From the IMG/VR virus record IMGVR_UViG_3300029922_000001, positions 186,001 to 250,000 of that record: a DNA stretch of 64,000 nucleotides. One strand, given 5' to 3'. Shown here piece after piece: positions 30,201 to 39,526 of this stretch. Position 1 is the stretch's first letter. The number at the start of each line of letters is the position of its first letter. A model generated the notes under the pieces. It searched no databases. It had not been told where the DNA came from and worked only from the letters and a program-made list of their open reading frames with translations. Both the position numbers and the translations under genes were made by a program.

Positions 30201-32464
30201 CATATCAATTTGCTTGGGCTGTACCTGCCGCAAGTGCTTCTAGCGTATCTATTGGTAGCACGGTTACTGGTGGTACAGATACTTACATGCTTTACATTAC
30301 CAATATAGGAACTCCAACCTTATCTCAAGATCCTGGTTTGACTTATAACTATGGAAACCAAGCGTTGCAATTGGCTGGTACAGTCTCAAATGCGGCTAAT
30401 TTGATAGTAACAAAAGCTGGAATTACCACAACATCAACAGCGGTTGCCCAAATTGTTAATAGCACTTTATCAACTGGTGGAAGTACTTTACAACAAAGTC
30501 CTGCTTTAGATTATATTGGTCACGCTTGGAATACAACCGCTACAGCGGCTGATAATTTTGTAAGAATGAGAAGTGAACTTCAAGTTACTTCTGCGGCTAC
30601 TCCTACTGGTACATTTATTTGGAAATCTTCAGTAGATACTGGAACTGCCTCATACACCAATAGAATGACCTTAACCACTGGTGGATTACTTACAGTTTCT
30701 AATGGTTTAACTATTACAGCAGGAACTTTCACTATTGGTAGTTTTACTTTTGCATTGAGTTCTAATTCAACTTTAAGCCTTAACAGTCAAACGTTGACCA
30801 TGAATACTACAATAGGTAATTTTACTATTGGTGCTGGCACCGGTACTTCTGCTACTCAGCATAATTTTGTTCAATCAGGCACTACTCAATATGTTCTAGA
30901 GTCAGCTACCGCCCCAACAGCGTTGGGTGACATGTATTATGGTAGTACTACTTCTTATGCTACTATGACTAAATTAAGTATAGGAGTTCGTGGTGCAACG
31001 TTAGTTGCATCAACATCAACCCCAACACCAACTTGGCTTGCACCATCCTCCACCGCTGGCGTAGCCATCATTTCTGGAGGTACTGGTGCTGATTTGGCTT
31101 ATGGTACAATTGTTGTAGCGGGCGGTGGAACAGGAAATAATACATTTGGCTCTACTAATTCATTATTAGTAACTGGTTCTAGCTCCACAGGAGCATTTGC
31201 CACTGTTACTGGTGCTAGTGGATTATTATATGGTACCGCTGCCAATACCGCTCCTACATTCACCACTTCTATTGGTGCTACTATTACATTCAGTAATGGT
31301 GCTACTATTTCAGGTGGAACCTTTACTTTGAACACATTAGAAAGTTGTACTTTAACTATTACAGGTACTGCTCCAAATGCTGGTAGATCCGATGTTGATA
31401 CATGGCAACCATCAGGTGCCCCAACAACTGATTATTATGCTTATTATCAACAGGTCAAATATGATTCTAACCAAGCGAATACTTTTGGAATTGCTGGTTT
31501 AAGATCCGATGCTATTACCACTGCTACAATGACAAGCTCTACATTGGCTCGCACTGATAGTATGCTTGCTTTTTATAGTCCAGGTCATGGTGGTACAGTA
31601 TCTCAGGCTACAGGTTTAAGAGTTACACAATTAGCTACTTGGTTAGGAACTACTACTAATTATATGGGTGTTCGTATTGAAAGTAACTATACTTCAGGAA
31701 CATTAACTAATGCTGCTGGTTTATATATAGATGTTATTGGTAGTAAGGGTTCTTCATCAGGTGCTTCAGTTTATTTGGTTTCTGATGGAACAGCTAAAAC
31801 TGGATTATCTTGGGGAACTAGCACTTCTGCATACACTGCTGATGTAGGTTTATTCCGTTCTGGTGCAGGCACTTTAACTATTACTGGCACGGCAACTGTA
31901 ACTAATGGTTTAACTATTAATAATGCAAAAACAACAGTTGCTGCCTCTACAACAGGTTATGCATCCTTAAATATTCCTGCTGGTACAGCCCCAACTTCAC
32001 CATCTAATGGTGATACCTATTATGATAGTAGCGGAATTCTTTGGTTCTATGATGGAACGACAGCTAAGAGAATTAATAAGCATCAAGCTTCAATTTGTAT
32101 GTGTGCTGGTTACACTCCAACAGGTACGGGCACTGGAGACGTTTGTGAATTCGTAGTGCCATATAAGGGTGATGGAACTACTCAAATAACTTATAATGTA
32201 AGAAGAATTGATTTTAGAGTTGGTACTGCTGGTACTGGTGGTAGTGTTACTGTTGAGGTTTACACCGGAACATCTGCATTTCCAGCATATGGTACAGCAA
32301 CTGTTATTGGAACAACAACACTTACAACGGGTACATATGAAAATTCCACAACTTCCTCCTTTACAACGTCCACAGTTCAAAGTGGTAATAAAGTTAGATT
32401 TACCCCTGTCACCATTGCGGGTACTGCAAACTGGACAGTTATGTTAGAGTTGGAGGAAGCATAA
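27242..32464 (+). CDS. giant tail fibre / adhesin-like protein (1740 aa)
   Basis: S/T/G-rich, NTAVGxxAL-type repeats, blocks shared with neighbouring fibre genes. Confidence 0.8.
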   Translation: MAQVDVIITPLTGNIVFYDNDLAAQNSVRIQGESQGVLYFAGDGVNIPSSGLTAPTASTNPNQSALPYPGQAANASASNSLFVILDSITGTITPGLSGYEMGSSTLPWRYWGTAANFSGAVTLAATSSLFLANTGGSNGAPLTFSVSASAPTSLSAGQMWWDGTNLNFYTSTTKIFGWADFSNVSGFLSVSHGGTGVGTFTSNGVLYGNTTSAIQVTAASGAIGAILQTTSSGGVPSFANTLPGTYTFSGSGTALTVTNNALISGNTTSPTYYGSSSSGGTLTLSSTSNATKGKILIGSNAAFDEVNTRLGVGTQGPVQRLDVGYGHFRFTTLSHPSAPTVATGSAGSLTGNYYYFVTFVTTQGETNAGIVSSVVTPSSQQVSLTAIPTDATGNATSRNIYRTTTGGASGGPFYLLTTIGDNTTTSYTDNTVDGSLGTINYFSRENTTAGYFYVGTQFSGYSGFSNTIFGQSNQNINNISGTSNVGFGPFTYTSLTTGTRNSAVGYNALNALTTGSYNTGVGCFTLVSVTTGQNNVGMGHKTLQGSIVGSNNTAIGSSCCDYNVNGSSIVSIGYNSLNQNSFSSNITALGTSTDFVCPATFTATATSGAGLNTGVYQYMVTFVVNSNETNPNCIVNAPVSVTTTGSNSQVSITGIPTYTGPYTATRKLYRTKVGGSSTSTFYLLTTIGDNITTSYTDSTADTSLVTTYNPVNSGILIGAGATGLYANQLVIGSTTSSVADAYIGNGIYTSSPQSVTLHATGASASNTAGANFTIAPGQSTGTAAGGFFSVQTAAAGSSGSTFNALTERFRIDSTGLTSVKGSFNAGSSAQMTIDTSGNIGTSGGYTQTGTTANTFSGATTFSAASTALTVNNNATISGLLGVGAASSAGNQLNVVTTAIGNVGIYVNAITGQTANLQNWAVNGTLVANINASGNFTATTTITINNIASGNPISFTASAGVSATQAYILPTNVPSGTGQFLTCTSTAPYQFAWAVPAASASSVSIGSTVTGGTDTYMLYITNIGTPTLSQDPGLTYNYGNQALQLAGTVSNAANLIVTKAGITTTSTAVAQIVNSTLSTGGSTLQQSPALDYIGHAWNTTATAADNFVRMRSELQVTSAATPTGTFIWKSSVDTGTASYTNRMTLTTGGLLTVSNGLTITAGTFTIGSFTFALSSNSTLSLNSQTLTMNTTIGNFTIGAGTGTSATQHNFVQSGTTQYVLESATAPTALGDMYYGSTTSYATMTKLSIGVRGATLVASTSTPTPTWLAPSSTAGVAIISGGTGADLAYGTIVVAGGGTGNNTFGSTNSLLVTGSSSTGAFATVTGASGLLYGTAANTAPTFTTSIGATITFSNGATISGGTFTLNTLESCTLTITGTAPNAGRSDVDTWQPSGAPTTDYYAYYQQVKYDSNQANTFGIAGLRSDAITTATMTSSTLARTDSMLAFYSPGHGGTVSQATGLRVTQLATWLGTTTNYMGVRIESNYTSGTLTNAAGLYIDVIGSKGSSSGASVYLVSDGTAKTGLSWGTSTSAYTADVGLFRSGAGTLTITGTATVTNGLTINNAKTTVAASTTGYASLNIPAGTAPTSPSNGDTYYDSSGILWFYDGTTAKRINKHQASICMCAGYTPTGTGTGDVCEFVVPYKGDGTTQITYNVRRIDFRVGTAGTGGSVTVEVYTGTSAFPAYGTATVIGTTTLTTGTYENSTTSSFTTSTVQSGNKVRFTPVTIAGTANWTVMLELEEA

Positions 32465-32465
32465 T

Positions 32466-33200
32466 ATGGCAATTACATTAGTTAATAATAATTATACTAC
32501 ATCAACTTTAGGACCTTCTCCATCAAGTATTTCGGCTACTGTTACAGCCGCAACAAGTGGAAATGTTTTGATTTTAGCATTGATGGTGCCTAAAGCTGGA
32601 ACGATTTCTTCTTTAGCATTAACTAATGTAACTTGGACACTCGCTTCATCTGTAGCAAGTAATGGTTTATATGAGTTATATATTTATTATGGAATTGTAA
32701 GCGGAACTGGAGGTACTTCATTAACATTTACTGTGACTGGTGCTAGTTCTGGTCAACCATGTAGTATTCAAATGTCAGAATGGTCTGGACTAAGTACTTC
32801 TACTGTTGTTGATGGTTCTCCAGTAACAAATGCACAAGCTTTACAAACAGGAATTTCAGAAACTACATCTACAGGGAGCTTGACAACTGGCACTGCTGGT
32901 GATTTAGTGATTGCATTTATGTGCGCTGATGGTTCTGCTGGTTCTGGATATAGTGCAAGTGGTTCACCTGGTAATTCGTTTACATCTATTAGCACAACAA
33001 ATAGTGGTGGTGCCGCTATTATCGCAACACAGTTAGCATACCAAATTGAGAGTTCTACAGGCACTTATTCTAGTAGCCAAGCGTTCTCTGGAGGTTCTTC
33101 TCAAAACTTTTATTGCACAAGTATTATTCTTGGTTTCTTAGCGGCTACTGGTGGCGGTGGTGGTGCTGTTCGTCGTCGTTGTTGGGTGAGTATGAGTTAA
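32466..33200 (+). CDS. putative fibre-associated structural protein
   Basis: 244-aa S/T/G-rich beta protein co-transcribed with fibre genes. Confidence 0.55.
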   Translation: MAITLVNNNYTTSTLGPSPSSISATVTAATSGNVLILALMVPKAGTISSLALTNVTWTLASSVASNGLYELYIYYGIVSGTGGTSLTFTVTGASSGQPCSIQMSEWSGLSTSTVVDGSPVTNAQALQTGISETTSTGSLTTGTAGDLVIAFMCADGSAGSGYSASGSPGNSFTSISTTNSGGAAIIATQLAYQIESSTGTYSSSQAFSGGSSQNFYCTSIILGFLAATGGGGGAVRRRCWVSMS

Positions 33201-33212
33201 TAGGACGGTATT

Positions 33213-34259
33213 ATGAGATTTCATTTATTGGGTTTGCCAAATGCGCCTATTAGTAAAAAATACAATTCAAATCCATTTATTATTAAATGTTATCACATGG
33301 CAGATATGATGACTTCTTTAGGTTATGAAGTCTTTACGTATGGGGTTGAAGGATCTGAGGCTAATGCAAACAATATTACATGTTTAAGTAATGAATCATT
33401 TGATCATTTTTATCCTTATAATCCTGAAATTGTTGGATATGATTATGACGATTTACAACCTTGGCGTGAATTCAACAGTAATTGCGCTAGAGCTATTGAA
33501 ACCAATAAACAAGATGGTGATGTTATCTTATGTCCTATGGGGCATTATCATGATTTAGTCAGGGATCATACAAAATTGCCATGTGTTGAATTTAGTATTG
33601 GTCATATTGCTTCTACTGATAAAAACTACAGAATATTTGAAAGTTATTCTTGGGCTAATTTTGTATATGGTAGTGAAAACAAACAATTACCACACGAAAT
33701 GGACACTGTAATTCCTGCGTTTTTCGATCCTAAAGATTTTGACTCAACTCAAGAGACTGAAAAATACTTATTGTTTATAGGGCGATTAATTCCTGAAAAG
33801 GGAATTGATTTAGCTATAAAAACTGCGGAATATGCCAAAATGAAGTTAATTGTTGCGGGTGTTGGCGATTACAAGCCACAAAGTGATTACGTAGAATATA
33901 TTGGATCTATCAACGTGGAGCAACGTAAAGAATTACTTGCTAAAGCTAAAGCTTTATTGGTCCCAAGTCAATACAATGAACCATTTGGTTCTGTAGTGAT
34001 TGAAGCTATGTTATCGGGAACACCAATTATTAGTTCTAATCGTGGTGCTTTACCGGAAATCAATCTTCATAGGCAAACAGGCTTCGTTTGTTGGTGTGAG
34101 CAAGATTACTATGACGCTTATGATAACTTAATTAAATTACAAACCGATAAAAATTGGAAACATTATGACCAATATTCAAAAGAAAAAGTGCGTTGGTCTT
34201 ATGATACATATTTTAAACGATTAGATCAGTATTTGAAACAGGATGTTAAGACAAATTAA
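33213..34259 (+). CDS. glycosyltransferase, GT-B/GT4-like
   Basis: LLFIGRLIPEKGID, EPFGSVVIEAMLSGTPII. Confidence 0.88.
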   Translation: MRFHLLGLPNAPISKKYNSNPFIIKCYHMADMMTSLGYEVFTYGVEGSEANANNITCLSNESFDHFYPYNPEIVGYDYDDLQPWREFNSNCARAIETNKQDGDVILCPMGHYHDLVRDHTKLPCVEFSIGHIASTDKNYRIFESYSWANFVYGSENKQLPHEMDTVIPAFFDPKDFDSTQETEKYLLFIGRLIPEKGIDLAIKTAEYAKMKLIVAGVGDYKPQSDYVEYIGSINVEQRKELLAKAKALLVPSQYNEPFGSVVIEAMLSGTPIISSNRGALPEINLHRQTGFVCWCEQDYYDAYDNLIKLQTDKNWKHYDQYSKEKVRWSYDTYFKRLDQYLKQDVKTN

Positions 34260-34273
34260 GGAATAAATAAAAT

Positions 34274-35524
34274 ATGAACTATTTGATTATACCACCAAGA
34301 GGATTAGCCTCTAGTTTAGGTACACTATTTGTAACTAATGTAAACTCCAAAAATGGTGCATTATCCATTACTGGTGGCAGTGGTATAAGTATTGATAATA
34401 CTGGTTTAAGTGAAATTGTTGTTAATGTTACAACAAATGTAGTACAATCCAATTTAGCGGTGTCTTTTTCCGCTCCTGTCACTTTATCCAGCGTCATCAT
34501 TCCATTGGCTGCATCAGCCCCTGGATCGCCAACAAATGGTAATCTATATTACAATACAAGTAACTCTGAATTGCAATTATACTACAGTTCTTCCTGGGTC
34601 GTTTTAAATGCAACTGGTGGTTCAATTGGTGGTACTTTATCGGGAGGTCCAAACACTGGCAGTTTACTATTTGTTGGTAGTGCTGGTGTTCTTACTCAAA
34701 ATACAAATCTTGTAGTTAAAACAACTTCAGGTGTACAAGTTGGAATTGGTACCAGCACTCCAAGTACTGCATTGCAGGTTATTGGAACAGTTAAATCAAC
34801 TGCATTATTAGCTACTAGTTTAGCTACAGCAACAACACCAGGTGCTAATTTAGTTACTTCAGATGGTAGTGGTAATTTAATTGCGGCTTTACCATCAACA
34901 GTTATTGGTTCTGTTGGCGTTTTACAAGGTACAAATACAGGTCCATTAGTTATTAATTCAACTAATACAATGACTTTATCAGGTGCTGGATTGTTAGGTG
35001 TTTATATTGATAATAGTGGCAATGTAGGTATTGGAACTAATGTAGTAACCACTAAACTAACTGTTTTAGGAAATATTCAAGCTACTAATATTGGAGTAAG
35101 TAATGTTGGAAGCATAGAAAAGGGTGAAGACGTTGTATTAAGCGGCAGTAGTCAACAGTTAGCTTGTAAATCCTTATTAGATTTTGCTGGTAGTATTGTA
35201 GCCACTTTAACTACCACTAATAATACAATTGATCCTACTGGACGTGTGGTTATTCAATTAACTACTGGAAGTCCTTGGTTATCAACTGATAGAATGGCTT
35301 TAACTACAAATAAGGGGCATCACACTCAAACATTAGTATTACAATGGGTTAATTCGGTTACAGCACCAAATCCTATATTGGTATCAGGTGGAAATATTTT
35401 ATTAACTGCTAATTGGGTACCTGCTCAAAACAACATATTAGTATTAATGTACATTTGCAATAGCATTGGAACTGCTGGTAATTGGGCAGGTACTTGGTGT
35501 GAGATATCTAGAAGTGCGATTTAA
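34274..35524 (+). CDS. short tail fibre-like protein
   Basis: GNLYYNTS, VGIGTSTP, GNVGIGTN..KLTVLGNI motifs. Confidence 0.65.
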   Translation: MNYLIIPPRGLASSLGTLFVTNVNSKNGALSITGGSGISIDNTGLSEIVVNVTTNVVQSNLAVSFSAPVTLSSVIIPLAASAPGSPTNGNLYYNTSNSELQLYYSSSWVVLNATGGSIGGTLSGGPNTGSLLFVGSAGVLTQNTNLVVKTTSGVQVGIGTSTPSTALQVIGTVKSTALLATSLATATTPGANLVTSDGSGNLIAALPSTVIGSVGVLQGTNTGPLVINSTNTMTLSGAGLLGVYIDNSGNVGIGTNVVTTKLTVLGNIQATNIGVSNVGSIEKGEDVVLSGSSQQLACKSLLDFAGSIVATLTTTNNTIDPTGRVVIQLTTGSPWLSTDRMALTTNKGHHTQTLVLQWVNSVTAPNPILVSGGNILLTANWVPAQNNILVLMYICNSIGTAGNWAGTWCEISRSAI

Positions 35525-35730
35525 CTTTTAGTTTGATTTTGAACGTGTGGTTTTACAGCAGATTTTTTATAGTAGTCATCTTCTTTGTGTGTTTCTATAA
35601 CATTAAAACCAGGAATTTTATCTAAAAATTCCATCAACTTCAAACATTCTGGACCTTCAGTACCTTCTGGTTTAACGTGAATTTGTCCATTTTTATCAAT
35701 TTCAATATGTAGTTCAACTTTTTTTGCCAT
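35521..35730 (-). CDS. DUF2997-like protein
   Basis: IEIDKNGQIHVKPEGTEGPEC...DDYY; adjacent to a DUF1257-like gene. Confidence 0.7.
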   Translation of the reverse strand: MAKKVELHIEIDKNGQIHVKPEGTEGPECLKLMEFLDKIPGFNVIETHKEDDYYKKSAVKPHVQNQTKS

Positions 35731-36150
35731 TTAAATAACCTTTGATGATATAATGCTTACATTTACCCGTGCTTTTTGTTTTAGATTAGTAGTGCGAGTG
35801 TTTTTAAATCTATTCATAGATAAAGCTTTTTCAATACCAGCTTTAGCATAAGCTTGTATTACTCTTTTATCAATTTCTAAATTTTTATCGTAATCACTAA
35901 TTTTCATTAGATAACTTTGTGTTTTATCATCCCATTCAAAACCTAAATCATTTGATGCACCTGTAAAAATTGCATTTAATTGTTGTCTTGGTATAATAAT
36001 ACTAGCAGCTTCTGGTCTTTCATCACCCATAAAGCCTTTAAGTTTTACTTTAGTATCTGTTACAGTTGGTTTAAATCCTAACTCTTCTAAACCTGTCAAC
36101 AGAAATTCTTTGATTTTAAGATCGCATTGAATGATTTTATATGCAGACAT
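35731..36150 (-). CDS. DUF1257 (Ycf35-like) protein
   Basis: MSAY...LLTGLEELGF...SNDLGFEW...ISDYD...IQAYA. Confidence 0.72.
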   Translation of the reverse strand: MSAYKIIQCDLKIKEFLLTGLEELGFKPTVTDTKVKLKGFMGDERPEAASIIIPRQQLNAIFTGASNDLGFEWDDKTQSYLMKISDYDKNLEIDKRVIQAYAKAGIEKALSMNRFKNTRTTNLKQKARVNVSIISSKVI

Positions 36151-36192
36151 AATATAAGTATACGCCTCATGTAATGATATTTCCTTGATTTA

Positions 36193-36537
36193 TTATTGAT
36201 TTAATAAAAATGTATTATATTTAGGCATTAAATTAATTAATATTTTACATTTAGGACAGTGTAAAATATTAGATTTAATTTCTAGTGGTAATTTATCTGA
36301 AACATCATTAGGTATTTCTAATGGAATATTACGAATAGATGGTAGCCCACTTCCATTAAAATAAACAGGTTCTAAAAAACAAAATGGACAACCAAAAATT
36401 TTATTAAGTTTACCGTTGTTAGCACCAACAACGGTGTCTTCAAGTAAAAATAAATCTTCTTCTGTAAAATTTTCAGACAGGTTATCTATTATTTTTTTAT
36501 AAAACTCCGGGTGTGTATTTTTTAAATTAGTAATCAT
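36193..36537 (-). CDS. hypothetical protein with CxxC pairs
   Basis: CPFC and CPKC motifs. Confidence 0.65.
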   Translation of the reverse strand: MITNLKNTHPEFYKKIIDNLSENFTEEDLFLLEDTVVGANNGKLNKIFGCPFCFLEPVYFNGSGLPSIRNIPLEIPNDVSDKLPLEIKSNILHCPKCKILINLMPKYNTFLLNQ

Positions 36538-36887
36538 TATAGTTGAATTTTTTTATCAATTGATACTTCTTCGTTTGTAATATCTTGGTTGTCATAAATT
36601 ACAATACAATTTTCTTGAAACCAATTAAGTGTATTAGATAGTGTTTCTCTTAGTATCACAATTCCGTGTAGTAAAATAGCCCCTAGTTCACTGTTTCTTC
36701 CTGAATTACTCATTCCTTCAGTTAAAATATAGGTTGCGGCAAGTGCTTCTTCAATTCTTTGCATAACGATATCGGGAGATTCAGAAGCTAAATCATTTTT
36801 AATATCTTGTTCCTTTTGTTCAAAATCTTTACGACTTTCTTCAATATCTTCTTCAATATCTTCTTCAATAATTTTATTCTGTCTCAA
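36537..36887 (-). CDS. hypothetical protein
   Basis: 116-aa ORF, acidic/helical. Confidence 0.6.
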   Translation of the reverse strand: MRQNKIIEEDIEEDIEESRKDFEQKEQDIKNDLASESPDIVMQRIEEALAATYILTEGMSNSGRNSELGAILLHGIVILRETLSNTLNWFQENCIVIYDNQDITNEEVSIDKKIQL

Positions 36888-37224
36888 CTTTCAACTCCTT
36901 GTGTAAAACAAAATAATAAATAGCTGATGTTATTATTCTACAATATGAAATTTTTTTTCTAGAAAAAGCATCTGATTTAAAATTATCCATTTGAAGAAAA
37001 AGTTCCATAGGTAAGTCCACTACGGAAATCTTGTCATATTCAAGTTTAGTTTTATGTATTATTTTTCTTTTAGCACTTTTTTGATTTAATAATTTATGTA
37101 ATGCAAATATAATTGCATCTTTTTTGGATATATTGTTTTTTCTTGTGTGTGTATCAAATTCTTCCATCATGCCTTCTGGCAAATAATACACTATACGTTT
37201 AATATTTTTCTTAATCGGTTCCAT
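36874..37224 (-). CDS. hypothetical protein, possible tandem ribbon-helix-helix DNA-binding protein
   Basis: two beta-helix-helix-like segments (IVYYLPEGMMEEFD; VVDLPMELFLQMD). Confidence 0.45.
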   Translation of the reverse strand: MEPIKKNIKRIVYYLPEGMMEEFDTHTRKNNISKKDAIIFALHKLLNQKSAKRKIIHKTKLEYDKISVVDLPMELFLQMDNFKSDAFSRKKISYCRIITSAIYYFVLHKELKVETE

Positions 37225-37254
37225 CTTTCATCCTTATAGGCTAATTTTATATAT

Positions 37255-38211
37255 TTATACAGGATTTGCAGGTACTACTTCCTTCAAAGTGATAAAATTC
37301 ATAGGTAATCCACTACTTGCTGACATTCTCAACCAGTATTGTGGTCCATAGACAATAACTTGTGGAGGAAGTAAGTTGTCGCTATGTCTTCCTGCTAAGT
37401 TAGCATCTACGGCAGCTTGAATTGCATATTCAGGATCTTGTGTTAATTCTGTAGGTACCCAATCGGCTGGTGGTATAATTCTCATAACACCACTGTAAGC
37501 AAGATGTACCAAACCACTACTGTCATTATTAGATGTTCCATCAATAAGATTTCCAGTAGGTAGATTTGTCCAGGCACCATTCCAATATTGAATAGTTACA
37601 CCAGCGGTATTCCAAGTTTGTGGTTTATTAAAGAATAAATTGGTAATAGGAGAGAATGATGCCATATACCATTGATCAGTACTATTTTGCAATACAGGAA
37701 ATCCATAAGGGTTCATTGATTGTTTAAGTTCTCTTGTATAATCAATGAAACTGTTATCTGGGTGATTTACAAAATTCTTGAAACTAATATCGTTTAACCA
37801 AGGCGTAGTATCAGTAGCACTTAATGTACTAGGTTCTCTACCTTCACCAATTGCTGTAACATTGAAAATAGTTCCAGGTGTAATTGCTGAAGCATTAATT
37901 TTGATATACAAGCAATTAGTTCGATATAAATCTTCAACATATAATTCATTAAAAAAAATATTTTCATTTAAACTACCTGCTGTTACCGCGCCCCAGGTCA
38001 TAGCCAAATTAGTATTATTTGCATCTTCACCAGAATGGTTTACAATTGTGAAGGTTGGACTAGATACAGAGTGGTTTGCAGTTACAATCAATTGATTTAA
38101 TACAGAAAAATTCTCCCAATTGAAAATTGTAAGATAAACAGTGTTACCTGCTGAAGCCACACTGTATCCAGATGCTTTAATTCTTTTTTTAAACGTTGAA
38201 TAGTAACTCAT
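37255..38211 (-). CDS. hypothetical protein, possibly virion-associated
   Basis: 318-aa beta-rich ORF. Confidence 0.6.
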   Translation of the reverse strand: MSYYSTFKKRIKASGYSVASAGNTVYLTIFNWENFSVLNQLIVTANHSVSSPTFTIVNHSGEDANNTNLAMTWGAVTAGSLNENIFFNELYVEDLYRTNCLYIKINASAITPGTIFNVTAIGEGREPSTLSATDTTPWLNDISFKNFVNHPDNSFIDYTRELKQSMNPYGFPVLQNSTDQWYMASFSPITNLFFNKPQTWNTAGVTIQYWNGAWTNLPTGNLIDGTSNNDSSGLVHLAYSGVMRIIPPADWVPTELTQDPEYAIQAAVDANLAGRHSDNLLPPQVIVYGPQYWLRMSASSGLPMNFITLKEVVPANPV

Positions 38212-38304
38212 TTTTATTAATCCCTAGATAACAAGTTAGGAAAACGTCTTAAAGATTCCTTTTACTAGAAGGATTTTTTGATATGGAGCGTGTACAATAT
38301 CCAT

Positions 38305-38360
38305 AGTTGAATTGCATACCTTGTGAAATGGCATGACGGGGTTCTCTATAGAATTCAACT
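38305..38360 (+). ncRNA. candidate small structured RNA or leader
   Basis: TG-TACAAT (38291-38298), then 6 nt to a 9-bp terminal inverted repeat agttgaatt/aattcaact enclosing a smaller hairpin. Confidence 0.3.
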
Positions 38361-38366
38361 TCGAGT

Positions 38367-38396
38367 TTTACAATCAAGACTGATTCTCCTTATAAT
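38367..38396 (+). promoter_or_regulatory. sigma70-type promoter for a leaderless DHH/ThyX transcript
   Basis: TTTACA-N18-TATAAT, ATG 5 nt downstream. Confidence 0.65.
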
Positions 38397-38401
38397 AGAA
38401 T

Positions 38402-39526
38402 ATGAAGAAAACCTGTGTACTCAGCCACGCCGCCGACCTAGATGGTTGTGTTGCCGCATTAAATACTTATCACGCTTTAAAAAATAAACCTAATCTTTAT
38501 GAAATCAACTCAGAAGATGTTTACTTCGCTGACTACGCTGATTCAGAAGCTAAATTATTGGAATTAGTTTCCAAATATGAATGCTTATTTATCACTGATC
38601 TTTCTTGGAAGTCTACTTCTTTATTAGATAAACTTCCAAAAGATGAAAAGTTCTTCGTATTTCTAGATCATCATAAGGATTCTAAAGCTGTTTTTGATGC
38701 CTTTCGAAGTGATTTTCCTAATGTTTGGGCTGAATTATCAGATGATGATTCAAAATGTGCCGCTGATATGGCATTTGAACTGTTTGACTCTAAGTGGTCT
38801 GAAGAAATTAATAAGTTTGTTCCCAACAAAATGCAACCTTATATGTCAGAAAATGATTGGATTAAAGAGTGTCTAAGAACATTGACAAGATATACTCATT
38901 CTAGAGATTTGTGGATTCGTGACGAACCAATGGGTGAACTGTTAACAGAAGTTATCGCAGTGAAAGATGTTCCATTCCTCTTTAATTATTTTGTTGATTA
39001 TTTTGACAATGCATTTGGACCTGGTTATGACTATAATGGAGAAGTATTGTTTTCGGAAAGTTACGATTTTTATACTCCAAAAGAATTTAAGTGTTATCAT
39101 GATGAATGTGAAAGAACAAACGAAATTTCCTATGCTATGGCTGGTAGAACTCGTCTATCAGGTGAACTTAAACTACCTGGTGATACATCAGTTTGGCTAC
39201 ATAGTATGTACTCTTTTGGACCAATTTCAGAAATAGGTGCCACGGTAGTAGAACAATACAAATTAGGTTGGGCTGTTATGGTCAACTTAGAAAGAGGTTC
39301 ATTATCTATTAGGTCTAATAAGGAAACTTTTGAACTATTAGGTATTGGAGCAAATGATATCGCTAAAATGTATGGTGGTGGTGGACACACTCTTGCCGCT
39401 GGTGCCCCACTTGAAATTGATGATATGCGTAATATTAACAGTATTCATAACGAAATTATGACCGTATTAATCAAGGCGATTCCACAACAACTACAAAACA
39501 AAGGCTTATTAAAAGGTGTCGAATGA
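38402..39526 (+). CDS. DHH/DHHA1 phosphoesterase
   Basis: HAADLDG, FLDHH, SIRS, GGGH motifs. Confidence 0.88.
   Translation: MKKTCVLSHAADLDGCVAALNTYHALKNKPNLYEINSEDVYFADYADSEAKLLELVSKYECLFITDLSWKSTSLLDKLPKDEKFFVFLDHHKDSKAVFDAFRSDFPNVWAELSDDDSKCAADMAFELFDSKWSEEINKFVPNKMQPYMSENDWIKECLRTLTRYTHSRDLWIRDEPMGELLTEVIAVKDVPFLFNYFVDYFDNAFGPGYDYNGEVLFSESYDFYTPKEFKCYHDECERTNEISYAMAGRTRLSGELKLPGDTSVWLHSMYSFGPISEIGATVVEQYKLGWAVMVNLERGSLSIRSNKETFELLGIGANDIAKMYGGGGHTLAAGAPLEIDDMRNINSIHNEIMTVLIKAIPQQLQNKGLLKGVE

Noticed and set aside
19263-33064. Numerous antisense and alternate-frame ORFs inside the fibre genes (e.g. 24645-25169)
   Set aside because: Shadow ORFs produced by the repetitive GGT/ACT codon bias of the sense gene
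19150-35524. Diversity-generating retroelement or invertase shufflon acting on fibre genes
   Set aside because: No reverse transcriptase, no adenine-specific template/variable repeat pair, no recombinase or inverted crossover sites seen
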